DNA of 64,000 nucleotides from NCBI GenBank assembly GCA_030704615.1, contig CM060731.1, positions 8,308,001 through 8,372,000 on the forward strand, given 5' to 3'. Within the stretch, counting starts at the first letter, position 1, and each line of letters opens with the position of its first letter. A model generated the notes under the pieces. It did no database searches. It saw only the letters and a program-made list of their open reading frames with translations, and was not told the DNA's origin. The stretch comes from Takakia lepidozioides. Lineage: Eukaryota > Plantae > Bryophyta. The translations under genes and the position numbers were made by a program. Of the stretch, positions 61,701-64,000 are shown piece after piece.

Positions 61701-64000
61701 TTTTGCTTACAAGGTCTCCCCACTGGCCGCAGTCCACTTGATTTAAGCACATCGGTTTTCGTTCTGCTCGCAAGATCTTGGATAAATTTTTTTGTCTCTG
61801 ATAACCTGTCTATGCTTGGTTTCTTCATCAACTCTAAAAAATGAACTAGTGATACTGCATTGGAAAGACATTTGGAAAACTACTGAAAGCTATTATATCA
61901 TTGTTTGGTACCTGTCACAAGTGCTCTGCTCAAGTCATATAGTTCTAGATGATAGTTTCGGGCAAATCTACGCAAACTTAGAGTTAGTAAACTGAGACGA
62001 TAAAATGATTGTAATGTAGTAGAGCTTAGAATATGTGGCAAGATTGCTTCATGTGCTGGAAGTTCAGCTATTTCTAGATAAAGTTCTACAAACCTCGTAT
62101 CAAAATCCCTTGCAAGCTTTTCCAAAGTCAGCACCACAATACTTTCTAGAGTGGAAAAATCACTTAGTTTTGCCATCAAACTTCCATGTACACACTGTGC
62201 TCTCTGCTTGCAGCCTTGCAATGTTTCTGCCCTCTCAATGCTAAAGCTGCTCTACTCAGTTCTCATCTATCTCAAAGTAACTTGTTTGCCTCTCAATCTA
62301 CACCAAGCAAACAAGTGGATCGATGTTGTCAGCTTGATTGACGGCTTGATCCACGTAACGCCTTGTGTCAAATAATGTAACGGTACCCGTTATCACCTCA
62401 GAATAGCTGGATCAGTGCTGCATAATTTATTTAAAATCAGATAAATTATTTAAGACTAAGTTGGTAGGTTTGATAATTCATTACTCACTGACTCTTTGCC
62501 CAATTAATACATATTTGGCTCATGACCTGTCTAAATTATTATAAACTTCATAACTGGATAGCCCAAATAAGATATATTAATGTGATATTGCCAAACCGTT
62601 CAAAGAAAAAAAAAAAAATTATTGGGCAAATTTCTGCCCAACCGTATAAGAGGCTACGGTAGTAATTTTGTCTTGCTGCCAGAGGTAATTTGGTCTGGTG
62701 GGGAGTCGGGCCCTCATCTCCCTTTTGGAGATTAGGCTGATCTTGTTGATTTTTTTAATTTGTTTTGGCTAGTACCTGTCATGCGGAATGACCAACGTAT
62801 ATGCAAGAACAGTGAATTCAAAGGGAAATCTGAAAGGGGGTAGATGGTGGTACCATTACAGTCCGTGAATTGAGGGCCAGACTTGTTGTAATTCACATAT
62901 TTATGGGAATAAAAAAAATTCCTAACATTAGGTTACACTGGAAGGGCAACGATTCATTATTCAATTGCCATTAATTTTATAATCCGGATTTTGATTTTTC
63001 GCACCGAAGGTAGCGGGGTCTGGTTTGCGACGTGAGAGCACGTCTCTTGCGCTTTATATGCCAAATTTGGCGGTGGAGGCAGTTCTCATTAGTAGAAATT
63101 CACATGGGTTTTGATGGGGCTTCACCCCTACACCTGCGCATCTGTCTGCTCAACCGGCAACAATCGTTGTTGAGTGGGCACGGTCGTTGGGTACGACTTC
63201 CAAGCAAGTCGATCAGATCCTTCGCTACATAATGAAGACTATCTTTTGGAACTGAAAAGACTTGCAAGGATAAAATAGTTAGTCTTCCCCCAATTGAAGT
63301 GCATTATGTGTTTGCTGCTACTTGTTTGGTCCAAGACTTAGATGCAAAAGGTGGATTTTCTGTGAATGAGTTGTTCAGATTAGGTCCTCATGAAAAATTG
63401 TCTGGGATTGATATATCGTTCTCTGATGATGATTCCGATTTTGACTTTGACCCTTTGGAGGAAGAATGTGCTAATCTTGAAGCTATTGACAACCCCGATT
63501 TGATGGAGTTTTATGTAGACACTAGGCTTCCCACCGGAGAGGTGGGCTTGTATGCATGATTTGCCAGAATGTTGGGAGGGATGGCGGCCTCTTGAATTTT
63601 TTGCCGACAACATGTGGAATAACAATTATGTCTTACTACCAGATCCGGTGGGGATTGAGGTCCTCATCTCCCTTTTGGAGATTAGGTTATTCCTGTTGAT
63701 CTTTTAGTTTGTTTGGTCAGTGTATGTCATGTGGAAAATTTGTGGAATGACCAACCTATATGCAAGAACAATGAATTCGAAGGGAAATCTGAAAGGGGGT
63801 AGATGGTAGTACCATTACAGTCCGTGAATTGAGGGCCTGACTTGTTGTAATTCACATACTTATAGGAATCAAAAAATTTCCTAATGCTAAGTTACACTAG
63901 GAGGCCAGCGATTCATTCTTCAATTGCCCTTCTATAATCCGGATCATGTCCCGAAACCGGTGGGAGAGCATCTTAAGATGCCTTCATCTTATTGACAACC
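58702..64000 (+). mobile_element. Possible piggyBac-like element with an internal ~1-kb tandem duplication; runs off the window
   Basis: TTAA|CCCTT at 58698-58706. Unit 1 (about 58855-59674 plus 62662-62985) is repeated at about 62985-63945; acidic peptide SDDDSDFDFDPLEEE. No right end or catalytic domain seen. Confidence 0.35.
59675..62659 (-). mobile_element. pogo/Tigger-like (DDE_1) Tc1-mariner transposon, defective
   Basis: Perfect 25-bp TIR CCGTAGCCTCTTATACGGTTGGGCA; TA TSD at 59673-59674 and 62660-62661. Transposase pieces INTDQTGIHLVP, EDKRQIT, LPLQLVFK, CWSVH, LPANCT and LQPADV, with stops and frameshifts. Confidence 0.93.

Overview
Eukaryotic, intron-containing genomic DNA from a plant, most likely a non-seed land plant (inferred from gene style and TE types). 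Host genes: a DUF662-type coiled-coil gene (minus, with LINEs in its introns), an intact RBM22/Cwc2-like splicing factor (minus), a decaying YJU2/CWC16-like splicing factor (plus) and histone H4 (minus). RBM22 and YJU2 are head to head, and their short shared promoter is split by a 35.7-kb nested island (16943-52638). The island is bounded by the LTRs of one dUTPase-bearing Ty3/Gypsy element (tRNA-Ala PBS, AGGG flanks). Nested inside it are a 12.8-kb Mutator-like DNA transposon, a four-LTR composite chromovirus, a further LTR/gag remnant and a DDD-type transposase remnant. The standout is the Mutator-like element (19327-32158, 9-bp TSD GGGGAAATT). Besides an intact transposase it carries a divergent 9-exon gene of about 1078 aa that fuses a ParB/Srx domain (DGNHR) to a beta-class amino-DNA-methyltransferase fold. 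The predicted first intron of that gene holds about 24 tandem 116-bp units, each with a 40-bp near-perfect palindrome. This looks like a self-contained transposon 'ParB-MTase plus parS-like array' module. The right end of the window holds a defective pogo-like transposon with an internal inversion, inserted in a possible piggyBac-like element. All gene models are read by eye from splice signals and reading phase; no database searches were run.
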